Origin: Desulfomonilia bacterium
GTDB lineage: Bacteria; Desulfobacterota; Desulfomonilia; UBA1062
Assembly (NCBI GenBank): GCA_963664325.2
Contig: CAXXDQ010000005.1
Location: 159,277 to 223,276, forward strand
Direction: 5' to 3'
Length of the DNA: 64,000 bases
This document shows, piece by piece, positions 22,628-30,967 of the stretch (the stretch's first letter is position 1; the number at the start of each line of letters is the position of its first letter). A program made the translations under genes and the position numbers. The notes beneath the pieces are model-generated. The model was not told the DNA's origin. It saw only the letters and a program-made list of their open reading frames with translations, and did not search any database.

Positions 22628-22807
22628 TCAACTAGCGTTAATTACTTCACATGCGTCGCACCAAGACGACCACGCATAACATCCGGTGTCGTGTTCATTA
22701 AAGCCTATCGATGCATCATCAGTCTTGCACGCAAGCAGTATCGCTTCCTGCTTAGACGGGCGACAAAGGATTACTAATTCCGGGCGATTCCATTGTTTTT
22801 TAGCCAT
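22628..22807 (-). CDS. Cys-rich peptide, putative RiPP precursor, family 1 (59 aa)
   Basis: MAKKQWNRPELVILCRPSKQEAILLACK...C..C..C.S; GGAG SD; homologous to 26299..26484. Confidence 0.8.
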   Translation of the reverse strand: MAKKQWNRPELVILCRPSKQEAILLACKTDDASIGFNEHDTGCYAWSSWCDACEVINAS

Positions 22808-23098
22808 AAATTCTCTCCAGTTCAATGGGGAAGGCTGAGATGGTTCATTGACTGAACACCCTCGCAAATACCTCAAAAAACAAAAACCCCACTTTATCAT
22901 AATTTATTGATCATACATCCTTAATGACACTATTAGATAAGCACAAGGGATAATTCAAGTCACTTCTCGGACCCTGGGAGACGATGTTAACTAACATGAA
23001 CTTGATGTCGTATTCAAACCTCAGTCCCTCAGGCATTCCTCCGATATTCAATTATCGAGGAATCCGCATTTTCCCATAAGATTTGTGGGGGCACTTTA

Positions 23099-23155
23099 GG
23101 GACGCTGATGAAATTATGATATATAATTTAAAAATCATATTATCAGCAACGTCCC
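23099..23155. repeat. ~60-bp palindromic element, copy C
   Basis: GGGACGCTGATGAAATTATGA...TCATATTATCAGCAACGTCCC. Confidence 0.85.
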
Positions 23156-23185
23156 CCATAAATCCATTTTGTGGCAGAAAAATAT

Positions 23186-24361
23186 TTACAGTATTTTATT
23201 CAACAGCGGAATGCGCAACAGGATGTAGTAGGCGATCAAAAAGCACAGCGGAATCGAGATCAGGCCAGCCAGCGCCCACTTGAGTACCGGCATCATATAC
23301 AGTGGTGTCATAAGCTTTGTTACGGCAACAATTATCGGCGGGTGGAACATATAAACGGCAAACGCGCCGGCGGACAATTTTTGCGTAAGTTTGTTGCTGA
23401 AATTTAATTTGTCGCGAAACAGCGCCAGAAGCCCCATGGTCATAGCCACACCAACGAATGATTCCCAGAAGGCATAGTAAGCGGCTGGCCAGGAGAGACC
23501 GCCGATTACTCTTTTGCCTGTGTCTACAGACTTCATTGTAAGAGTTGAAAAATCATAAGGACCGGCGAAGTATTTTAATATCAGCCAACCGATAAAGCCT
23601 AAAATCAACCCTGCCGCCAGCCATCTTCTTCCGGTGGCCGACGTCATGCTTTCAAAACAGTTCGTGCGGTATGCAACAATCCCCGCTGTGAACATGATAA
23701 TGTATTGCGAAAAAAATCCCAGCTGCATTCCCCAGAACACTGACCCGATGGGAAAAAACAATCGCAGCGAAAACGCAACCATCGCAATGATGACAATGAG
23801 CAGCAGCAGGCGCCCGGTAGTCACAATACCCTGCCTGGAATCAGACGCTGCCGGAAGCGGAAAGAGCAGACGCCAAAGTGTATATATCAGGCAAAAAATA
23901 AACAATGCCAGCGCGAACCACATCGGGCCGACGCCAAGAAGATGTATTCCGGCAGACTTAAAGTATTGCCAGTAAAATTCCGGGAAACTGGAAGTGCTGC
24001 CTTTCCATAGGGCTGTTGACCCTACCACTGCTATCATCAAAGGAGTTACCACCAGCAGAAAAAACATTGAAGGCAGGACGAGTCTCCGGCATCTGTCGGA
24101 TAAAAACCGGACGGGGCTTTTCCGGTCATAGGCCAGGGGCGTAAAATAGCCTGCCACAAAGAAAAGCATCCCCATGGAAAACCCCTGAGCGAAAGCCTGG
24201 AAGAAACTGAAGAAAATATGGTTGAAGAAGCCAAGCGGCCGTGCTTCGTTATAAAACCAGATGCCGCTGCCGCTGTAAGTCACAGCCAGATGAATCAGAA
24301 TCACCAGCATGATCGTAGCGACACGCAGATTGTCAATGTAATAAAGGCGCTTCTTTTCCAT
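23186..24361 (-). CDS. Acyltransferase family 3 (OpgC/MdoC-like membrane acyltransferase)
   Basis: RLYYIDNLR..LVILIH, MGMLFFVAGYF, RRLVLP, WFALAL, AVYMFH; about 10 TM segments. Confidence 0.85.
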   Translation of the reverse strand: MEKKRLYYIDNLRVATIMLVILIHLAVTYSGSGIWFYNEARPLGFFNHIFFSFFQAFAQGFSMGMLFFVAGYFTPLAYDRKSPVRFLSDRCRRLVLPSMFFLLVVTPLMIAVVGSTALWKGSTSSFPEFYWQYFKSAGIHLLGVGPMWFALALFIFCLIYTLWRLLFPLPAASDSRQGIVTTGRLLLLIVIIAMVAFSLRLFFPIGSVFWGMQLGFFSQYIIMFTAGIVAYRTNCFESMTSATGRRWLAAGLILGFIGWLILKYFAGPYDFSTLTMKSVDTGKRVIGGLSWPAAYYAFWESFVGVAMTMGLLALFRDKLNFSNKLTQKLSAGAFAVYMFHPPIIVAVTKLMTPLYMMPVLKWALAGLISIPLCFLIAYYILLRIPLLNKIL

Positions 24362-24719
24362 TAAAATGTAAGTTTCCTTTCAGGGAAAGTAAGTCCTAAA
24401 CCTCGAAATTTTATAGTCCTGATATATCAGTCAGTTACAACAATAGAAACAGATTGTTTTCAAGTTACTTATATCAATACATATAGCATCTGAAAACCAA
24501 TACATTTTCAAACGGTTAAAAGTTGCAATCCTTCATAGTACTCTTTCATTCTTCAGGCAAGGCACATGGCTTTCATGACTTACAGATATTGGAGAACCAT
24601 AGGGGACGTTGCTGCCCAAATAACTTCCGGACTGTACGAACGTTACAGCTTGATTGCCGATTGCAGAATATTTCACAAATACCAGCCATAATCCGATATG
24701 TATTTTGTCAGGAGATGAG

Positions 24720-26078
24720 ATGGAAAGAAAGAAGATACTGAGGTTTAAGGATCTCGCGCTTTTTACATTCTGCGCGATATTCGGGTTGGAGGCCATTGCA
24801 GCCTCCGCCGCTATCGGTCCATCGGCCATCTTCTGGTGGCTGTTATGCCTCGCCTGTTATTTTATACCGTTCGGAATGATTGCTGCAGAGCTGGGCTCGA
24901 CCTATCCCGAGCAGGGCGGGCTTTACGTCTGGATCAAAAAAGCGATGGGGCGCCGGTGGGCGGCCCGGAGCGTCTGGTATTACTGGATATCCCTGCCGGT
25001 ATGGCTGCCCGCAATCTATATCGCCATCGCGGATATTTTAGGGCACATCTTTTTCCCCGGCATCACCTTCTGGCAGCAGATCGCAATAAGCGTCGTGCTG
25101 ATATGGATCGCCCTCGGAATCAATCTGTGTCCCCTGAACGCTTCAAAATGGATACCCAACATAGGCTCCGTCGCGCAATTTAGCATTGTGGCGGGAATGA
25201 TCGCAACCGCTGCGCTGTTTTTCCTGAAAAACGGGCGCATGGCCAACCGGATCACCCTTGCGGAAGTAATGCCTAACATGAACGCCGCGCTTGTCTTCAT
25301 CCCGATGATCATCTACAACCTCCAGGGCTGCGAACTTGTCTCATCGGCTGCCGGCGAGATGAAAAATCCTGCCCGCGACATCCCCCGGGCGCTTATTTTA
25401 TGCGCCTTCGTAATCGCGGTGCTGTACTTGATGACGACCTTCTCGGTCTGGGTCGTGATTCCGGTCAATGAGATCAACGTGGCGAGCGGCGTGCTTAACG
25501 TATTCACGAACGCACTTGACGATAACATCGCGAAGCCCTTTATCACGGTTGCAGCCGGTCTCCTGATATCGTGCGCTTTCTTTGCGGGAATCATCGCCTG
25601 GAATCTTGGGCTGAACCGTACCATCGCCGAGTCCGCGAACAACGGGGATATGCCGGGGATCCTGGGGAAGATGAACAGGAACATGGCCCCGCTGGGGGCG
25701 TCGGTTGTATCCGGGATCATCTCCACCGCAGTGATTCTTATTTATGGATTCATCGCGAGCGATGCGGCCGAACTGTTCTGGCATACGGTCTCGTTCAGTC
25801 TTATCGTTCAACTGTTTTCAAATCTGATGCTGTTCCCGACTTTTATAATCCTGCGGAATAAAGATAAGGGTGCTCCCAGGCCTTTCAGTGTGCCCGGGCC
25901 CGATTGGTTAGCGATTTTTCTGGCCTTCCTGGCGGGCATATTTGTACTGGCCGCCATTGTCATACTTATTATCCAGCCGGGGCAGGATATAGTCAGGGTA
26001 ACCATGCCGATCATCGCCGGAGTGATAACAGTCGTCATCGCGGGCGAGATTTTGTTATCCCGTTGTAAACCAGAGTGA
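24720..26078 (+). CDS. APC family amino acid/polyamine permease
   Basis: AELGSTYPEQGGLYVW, AGEMKNPARDIP, RPFSVPG; about 12 TM; GGAG SD before ATG 24720. Confidence 0.88.
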   Translation: MERKKILRFKDLALFTFCAIFGLEAIAASAAIGPSAIFWWLLCLACYFIPFGMIAAELGSTYPEQGGLYVWIKKAMGRRWAARSVWYYWISLPVWLPAIYIAIADILGHIFFPGITFWQQIAISVVLIWIALGINLCPLNASKWIPNIGSVAQFSIVAGMIATAALFFLKNGRMANRITLAEVMPNMNAALVFIPMIIYNLQGCELVSSAAGEMKNPARDIPRALILCAFVIAVLYLMTTFSVWVVIPVNEINVASGVLNVFTNALDDNIAKPFITVAAGLLISCAFFAGIIAWNLGLNRTIAESANNGDMPGILGKMNRNMAPLGASVVSGIISTAVILIYGFIASDAAELFWHTVSFSLIVQLFSNLMLFPTFIILRNKDKGAPRPFSVPGPDWLAIFLAFLAGIFVLAAIVILIIQPGQDIVRVTMPIIAGVITVVIAGEILLSRCKPE

Positions 26079-26097
26079 CCCATGAGAGGACGCCAAG

Positions 26098-26268
26098 GGC
26101 ATCAGGCGGAATGACAGGTCCGGGAAACGGGCCGACAGGCCTTCCTTGATGCGCTGCCCTATCGCAGTTATGTCGGACAGGGCCATATCCGAGCCGAAAA
26201 CAAGCTCCAGCTCAACAAAGCGCGTATTGCCTCTGCAGCACGTGTAAACCAGCCCGATATTCTCGAAA
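26098..26268 (-). pseudogene. C-terminal fragment of a CDF transporter paralog
   Basis: FENIGLVYTCCRGNTRFVELELVFGSDMALSDITAIGQRIKEGLSARFPDLSFRLMP aligns with the C-terminus of 31733..32689. Confidence 0.85.
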
Positions 26269-26298
26269 AAGAGAGGGCTCAGAGAGGAAGACAAGATA

Positions 26299-26484
26299 AT
26301 GGATGAAAGCAGGAAGAAATTGTGGATGAAGCCGGAACTGACCATACTGGTGCGCAACAAGCCTGAAGAGGCGGTGCTTGCTGCATGCAAAGGCAGTATT
26401 GGCTCAACGTCATTGGCTGTTCAATACAATAACTGCCGTTTTAACGAATGCTCAAACTATTGCACGGATCAGGTAACATCTTAA
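26299..26484 (+). CDS. Cys-rich peptide, putative RiPP precursor, family 1 (61 aa)
   Basis: KKLWMKPELTILVRNKPEEAVLAACK leader; core C-x15-C-x4-C-x3-C-x5-S; GAGG SD. Confidence 0.82.
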   Translation: MDESRKKLWMKPELTILVRNKPEEAVLAACKGSIGSTSLAVQYNNCRFNECSNYCTDQVTS

Positions 26485-26613
26485 GCCGATCTCTCAAGAA
26501 CCGGAACCAGGGAAAGAGCAATAAGTAAAAGGCATTTGTGATCGACAGGACATGGTGACTGGCCTTAATTGTCTCTTTTCAAGGCATGACACCTTGTTCG
26601 CATGAATTGACGC

Positions 26614-26847
26614 CTAAAATCCGATTCCTGTTATATCGCAATAGATCGCAGCAATGTTTCCATTAATCACGCAAAAATCGGCTGAATTGCCATTACTCGT
26701 ACACATATTTCCTGCGGTATTGCCTGTTGAACAGGAATTCACATCACCGCTGCCGGGACCAAAACAATCGCCTTTGCCGCTTTTGTAATCATAGAGGTCA
26801 TATGCATATGGTTTTTCATATATCGGCTTCTGATTCTTTTCTTCCAT
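26614..26847 (-). CDS. Cys/Gly/Asn-rich peptide, putative RiPP precursor, family 2 (77 aa)
   Basis: MEEKNQKPIYEKP..GKG|DC; five Cys at 10-11 residue spacing; AAGGAG SD before ATG 26847. Confidence 0.85.
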   Translation of the reverse strand: MEEKNQKPIYEKPYAYDLYDYKSGKGDCFGPGSGDVNSCSTGNTAGNMCTSNGNSADFCVINGNIAAIYCDITGIGF

Positions 26848-26875
26848 TACCCTCTCCTTTGGAAGTGTTTCTATT

Positions 26876-26904
26876 ATGGTATCAAGATTGCGCAGTGTAA
26901 TCAA
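26876..26904 (-). promoter_or_regulatory. Sigma70-type promoter of peptide 26614..26847
   Basis: TTGATT-N17-TACCAT with TGn extension; both boxes identical in the duplicate copy. Confidence 0.6.
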
Positions 26905-26912
26905 TACATCCG

Positions 26913-26990
26913 TCATATCATGGCGCAGAGCCTGTCTCTGAACGCACCGCAATTCATATCCTTTTTCTCGATTGCCGTAACAGCCGATTT
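26913..26990 (-). pseudogene. 3' remnant of a second glycosyltransferase copy
   Basis: KSAVTAIEKKDMNCGAFRDRLCAMI* parallels the GT C-terminus AAAFAAVEKQDASYRSFSDWLYAMI*. Confidence 0.7.
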
Positions 26991-27024
26991 CTCCTTGTTA
27001 TTTTGCCGTGTTCGTATGAACTTA

Positions 27025-27261
27025 TTACACAATTCCGCTTCCTGGATTACAACTTGACGGAGCGCCGTTTCCATTATCAATACAAATTCCGCTGTCCGAA
27101 TTGCCATTACTCAAGCAATTACCCAGGGCGTGACCGCCTGTTGAACAGAAACTTCCATTGTTGCTGCCGGATTTACAATCATCACCCTTACCGATTTTAT
27201 AATCGTTGAGATGATATACACACGGTTTTTCATATGCCGGCTTCTGGTTCTTTTCTTCCAT
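27025..27261 (-). CDS. Cys/Gly/Asn-rich peptide, putative RiPP precursor, family 2 (78 aa)
   Basis: MEEKNQKPAYEKP..GKG|DDC; five core Cys in Cx2-3G repeats; AAGGAG SD before ATG 27261. Confidence 0.85.
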   Translation of the reverse strand: MEEKNQKPAYEKPCVYHLNDYKIGKGDDCKSGSNNGSFCSTGGHALGNCLSNGNSDSGICIDNGNGAPSSCNPGSGIV

Positions 27262-27289
27262 TATTTTCTCCTTCGGCGGTGTTTCTATT

Positions 27290-27318
27290 ATGGTATCAAG
27301 ATTACACGATGGAATCAA
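27290..27318 (-). promoter_or_regulatory. Sigma70-type promoter of peptide 27025..27261
   Basis: TTGATT-N17-TACCAT with TGn extension. Confidence 0.6.
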
Positions 27319-27326
27319 TACATCTG

Positions 27327-28523
27327 TCATATCATTGCATAGAGCCAGTCACTGAACGAGCGGTAGCTTGCGTCCTGCTTTTCAACGGCCGCAAATGCCG
27401 CTGCCTTTGATATCCCGACGGCACTTTCATAATTGACGGGATCGTCAAGATTCCTGATATGCCTGATGTATTGCATGATCGTACGGGCATGGTATTTCAT
27501 GTTCACGAAGAAATCAGGGGCTTTCCTTGAATCTTCGTTTACTTGAACCAGAAAACCCTCAGGCGGCATCTCCTCTCTTATGCCGCCCGAGTCGTTTGCA
27601 ATAACCGGCAACCCGCTGCATATGCCCTCGACAATAACCCGCGAATACGGCTCCTCCCAGAGAGAGGGGACCAGAAGTATTCTTGTCATTTCATAAATCC
27701 TGCGCACATCCATGTCCCATGGCATGAAGGTTACGTTTGAAAGATTGAATCCTTCAGGGTTGACCACCGTGCCGGGTTTCATGACCAGAAGAAACTTTTT
27801 GTCCTGAAGATTGCTTGCAATGTTCAGAAATATTCCCAGGCCTTTCGCAGGAGAGCCGTTTATCATAGTGATATATTCCCCCGGCGCAGCGGTGGGGGCA
27901 AAATTTTCAAGGCTGATCTGCGGAATGAGGTTAATGCTGTTCTGAGAGTAATACGATCTGAATTTATCCTTTAGAAAACTTCCGGTGCATATGAATTTGA
28001 ACCCGGGTGCGATTTTTCTGAACATTCCGGTATATTTATTGAAACCTTCCTCAAATATCTGCTGATCGCTGATGCGGTGCAGCCTGAGGGGCGAGAAGTT
28101 CAGGCTTGCCTGCATCGAGAATATGTCGGAATTAAGGGTCAGCGTGGCATCGGTTTTCCTGTCTGACAATATATTGCCCCACAAAACCGAAATCCTGTCG
28201 ATTCTGTCTTTGATATTGTGATGGTATGCCTGGTTTATATCAAGACCGGATAAGAAGCATTCGAATGAAAACGGGTATCCTTCGAGATGAAATTTGATTT
28301 TTCCGTTTCCGGGCAAAACAACCCGGCCGCCGATGCTCAGGATATCCCTTGTCAGCCTTTCATGATTAAAGCCTTTATCGGCAAGCCACAAAAAGGAGAC
28401 ATCAAATCCATCCTGTGAAAGCTTTTTAAGGATGGTCAGAACGCTCAATGTCCCCCCTGATGAATTCCTTATGTCAAGATTGCCGGTCATCAGACATGTA
28501 ATGCGCTTTCCAATCATTATCAC
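27327..28523 (-). CDS. Glycosyltransferase family 4 (GT-B)
   Basis: N-terminal SGG, IN..PAKG, LLVPSLWEEPYSRVIVEG...PVIANDSGGIRE (Ex7E). Confidence 0.85.
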   Translation of the reverse strand: MIMIGKRITCLMTGNLDIRNSSGGTLSVLTILKKLSQDGFDVSFLWLADKGFNHERLTRDILSIGGRVVLPGNGKIKFHLEGYPFSFECFLSGLDINQAYHHNIKDRIDRISVLWGNILSDRKTDATLTLNSDIFSMQASLNFSPLRLHRISDQQIFEEGFNKYTGMFRKIAPGFKFICTGSFLKDKFRSYYSQNSINLIPQISLENFAPTAAPGEYITMINGSPAKGLGIFLNIASNLQDKKFLLVMKPGTVVNPEGFNLSNVTFMPWDMDVRRIYEMTRILLVPSLWEEPYSRVIVEGICSGLPVIANDSGGIREEMPPEGFLVQVNEDSRKAPDFFVNMKYHARTIMQYIRHIRNLDDPVNYESAVGISKAAAFAAVEKQDASYRSFSDWLYAMI

Positions 28524-28737
28524 CCAATCCTGTCAGTCATTTACTTCAAGACGATATTTTTAGCGGATGAAAATACAGTAGCAAATAGTTCATGGCCAGT
28601 CCAACCATAGTTCCCGAAGACGGTTTTTATTTGCGATGGAGTATCCGGCCGCGTCGAATCCCGGGACCGGGAACGCTTGACTTTCCAGCTGTCATCGGTC
28701 ACTATAATCTAATATTTTATTTTTATAAACATGTGAG

Positions 28738-30522
28738 GTGTTCATCATGATGCGAAAGCTGACAATATTTGCACTGATCATTCCGGCCTTAATTTTTGCC
28801 GCCTGCAAAAGCGGGATCAGGGTATGGACTGAGCCGTCCACAGAACGGGTCATGCAGTATTCGGTTTCAAAAAAGATCGTCCCGGCGGAAATCTATGCAG
28901 CGCACAACGATTACGAATCCTTCCAGATAGTGATAAACGGCGGTCTCAACGGCCTTACCGGCGTGAATGTAAGTCCGGGCGATCTGACCGGACCCGGCGG
29001 CGCGGTCATCGCCAAGGAAAACATTGCGCTTTACAGGGAATTTTATGTCCATGTCAGCAAGCCTTCATTTCTATTGGGCGTTGTCGGGGATCTCAGGCTT
29101 CCCGGGAACTACCCGGACCCTCTCATCCCGTTCACAGACCCGTACGATCCCGCCCATCCCGCTGTGGGTGCGCCTTTCAAAGTGGACAAGCTCAAGAATC
29201 AGCCGGTATGGGCCGAGGTCTATATCCCTGAAGGCATACCCGCAGGGGAATATATAGGCACGATGACGGTGAGCGCTGACGGTATGAAGCCGGTTGAAAT
29301 TGAAGTAAAGGCGACAGTCTGGGATTTCAGCATCCCGAAGGAAAGGACCGTCTCGACCGCCTATGGCCTTTATGACAGCACCCCGGATAAATTCCATGCA
29401 GCAGGTTCGCTTGCACAAACCCATTATAATTACGAACTGGAGCTCCACAAGCACAGACTTGATGTAACGAGGATCACGGGCCTTGCATCGAATCCTTTCA
29501 GGTTCGGCAGCGACGGCCATCTGCTCCCGGTGGACTGGACCGAGTACGATTCGATAGTCAGCCCCAGGCTCGACGGCAGCTACTATGGCGACGGCATTGG
29601 CATGCACAAGCTGAACGCAGGCTTCTTCCGCCCCGGAAGCGGCGGGTGGCTTGAAACCGGTATCACCGACGATCAGTACAAGGAAGCAGCACGGGAGTTC
29701 GCCCGCCACCTGAAGGAAAAGGGATGGATGGACAGGGTTTACGTTTACTGCCAGGACGAACCGTTCTGGAACAATGTCCCGTATGAAGATCTGGCGTATG
29801 ACATAAGGCTCATGCTCGAGGCCGACCCGGACTGGAAAGGCGCATTCATGGACACAAACTGGTGGGTCAGGGAGCTCGACGGCCTGATAGACATCTGGTG
29901 CCCCGAAGTCACGAAGTATGAAGGCTGGCTGACCGCCGGCATCCTCGATTTCGCCGGAAGGGATGAATACGACAATATGCGGGCCAGAGGCGAAAACCTC
30001 TGGTTCTATGTATGCAACGCGACCGTGCCGCCGTATGCCGGTTACGATATAGACACCATGATAGCTTACGAGCCCCGCATCATGATGTGGGGCGCCTGGT
30101 ATGAAAAGGCGGTGGGCTTTCTTTACTGGTGCACGACCGCCTGGAAGGAGGTCAACCCGTGGGAAGATCCTCTCGCTTTCCCGATATGCCCGAGAAACGG
30201 CGATGGTTTCCTTTTCTATCCCGGCGATCATAACGGGACGGCCGCGCCCGTGGGCTCCCCGGAAGAGGTCTCAATCAACGGGCCGGTGACTTCGATCAGG
30301 CTTAAGCAGACTAGAGACGGCCTTGAAGACTGGGAGATGTTCAAGATAGCCGCCAGTATCGCAGGCGAGGACGCCGTAAGAGATGCGGTTTCAAAGGCAT
30401 ACACGCAGCTCGGGACTGCGCCGGTTCTGGGGATATGGAATCCTCTCAGCCCGCCGTGGACGCATGATGGAAAGGTCATCGAAGAAGTGAGAAAAGAAGT
30501 CGCTTCTTTGATATGCAGGTAA
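28738..30522 (+). CDS. DUF4091/GH123-like glycoside hydrolase lipoprotein
   Basis: Lipobox FAAC; NDYESFQ, PDPLIP, QDEP, WFYVC, GFLYW, GDGFLFYPG, SIRLKQTRDGLEDWE. Confidence 0.75.
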   Translation: MFIMMRKLTIFALIIPALIFAACKSGIRVWTEPSTERVMQYSVSKKIVPAEIYAAHNDYESFQIVINGGLNGLTGVNVSPGDLTGPGGAVIAKENIALYREFYVHVSKPSFLLGVVGDLRLPGNYPDPLIPFTDPYDPAHPAVGAPFKVDKLKNQPVWAEVYIPEGIPAGEYIGTMTVSADGMKPVEIEVKATVWDFSIPKERTVSTAYGLYDSTPDKFHAAGSLAQTHYNYELELHKHRLDVTRITGLASNPFRFGSDGHLLPVDWTEYDSIVSPRLDGSYYGDGIGMHKLNAGFFRPGSGGWLETGITDDQYKEAAREFARHLKEKGWMDRVYVYCQDEPFWNNVPYEDLAYDIRLMLEADPDWKGAFMDTNWWVRELDGLIDIWCPEVTKYEGWLTAGILDFAGRDEYDNMRARGENLWFYVCNATVPPYAGYDIDTMIAYEPRIMMWGAWYEKAVGFLYWCTTAWKEVNPWEDPLAFPICPRNGDGFLFYPGDHNGTAAPVGSPEEVSINGPVTSIRLKQTRDGLEDWEMFKIAASIAGEDAVRDAVSKAYTQLGTAPVLGIWNPLSPPWTHDGKVIEEVRKEVASLICR

Positions 30523-30967
30523 TAATAACTTTACATCTCTGCATCGCTCCTTGACCTGTTATGTTTGCAGGTATGATACCTATATTTTCATCAATGACAG
30601 TTGAATCTTATAATCCAATCAGGGTCCCGGTCTGTTTCCGGGCTTAAGGTGCAGAAGGATTTATTCCGGCGCCCTGTAGACAATCAACCGGTCTTTTATT
30701 TTCAAGCCGGTACTTATGATAAAAGTTGTTTGAAAACCATGCTTGAGGCTTGCTTATGGTGAAGAATATATGTAATCTATAGCGTAATTGATGATTTTGC
30801 ATAATTGGATTGCAGCGGCATAACAGTAATATGAACAATTTTTTCGGGCATAGGGAGGATGTTTTGAATTGGGTGGTGAAAATCGATCTTTCTTTTATAA
30901 ATTATCGCTCTGTTTCAACAAGACACTGCATGCTGAGTAACCATTAGTCGTGTGCTGATGAATAATT

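Noticed and set aside
21810-23155. CRISPR array
   Set aside because: Repeats are ~60 bp and degenerate, spaced ~600 bp apart; no cas genes.
21781-23156. Integron cassette array with attC sites
   Set aside because: ATATAAC follows the stop of gene 21427 but no matching GTTRRRY end is evident; the repeats have the opposite GTT/AAC polarity and there is no integrase in the window.
26848-27330. Longer N-terminal versions of the family 2 peptides in the ORF track
   Set aside because: Strong SDs precede the MEEKN starts, and the extensions span the predicted promoters.
29071-30231. 386-aa antisense ORF and similar shadow ORFs (12545..13318, 19717..20547, 59730..60443)
   Set aside because: They lie opposite well-supported genes and carry no recognisable motifs; expected from GC-rich codon bias.
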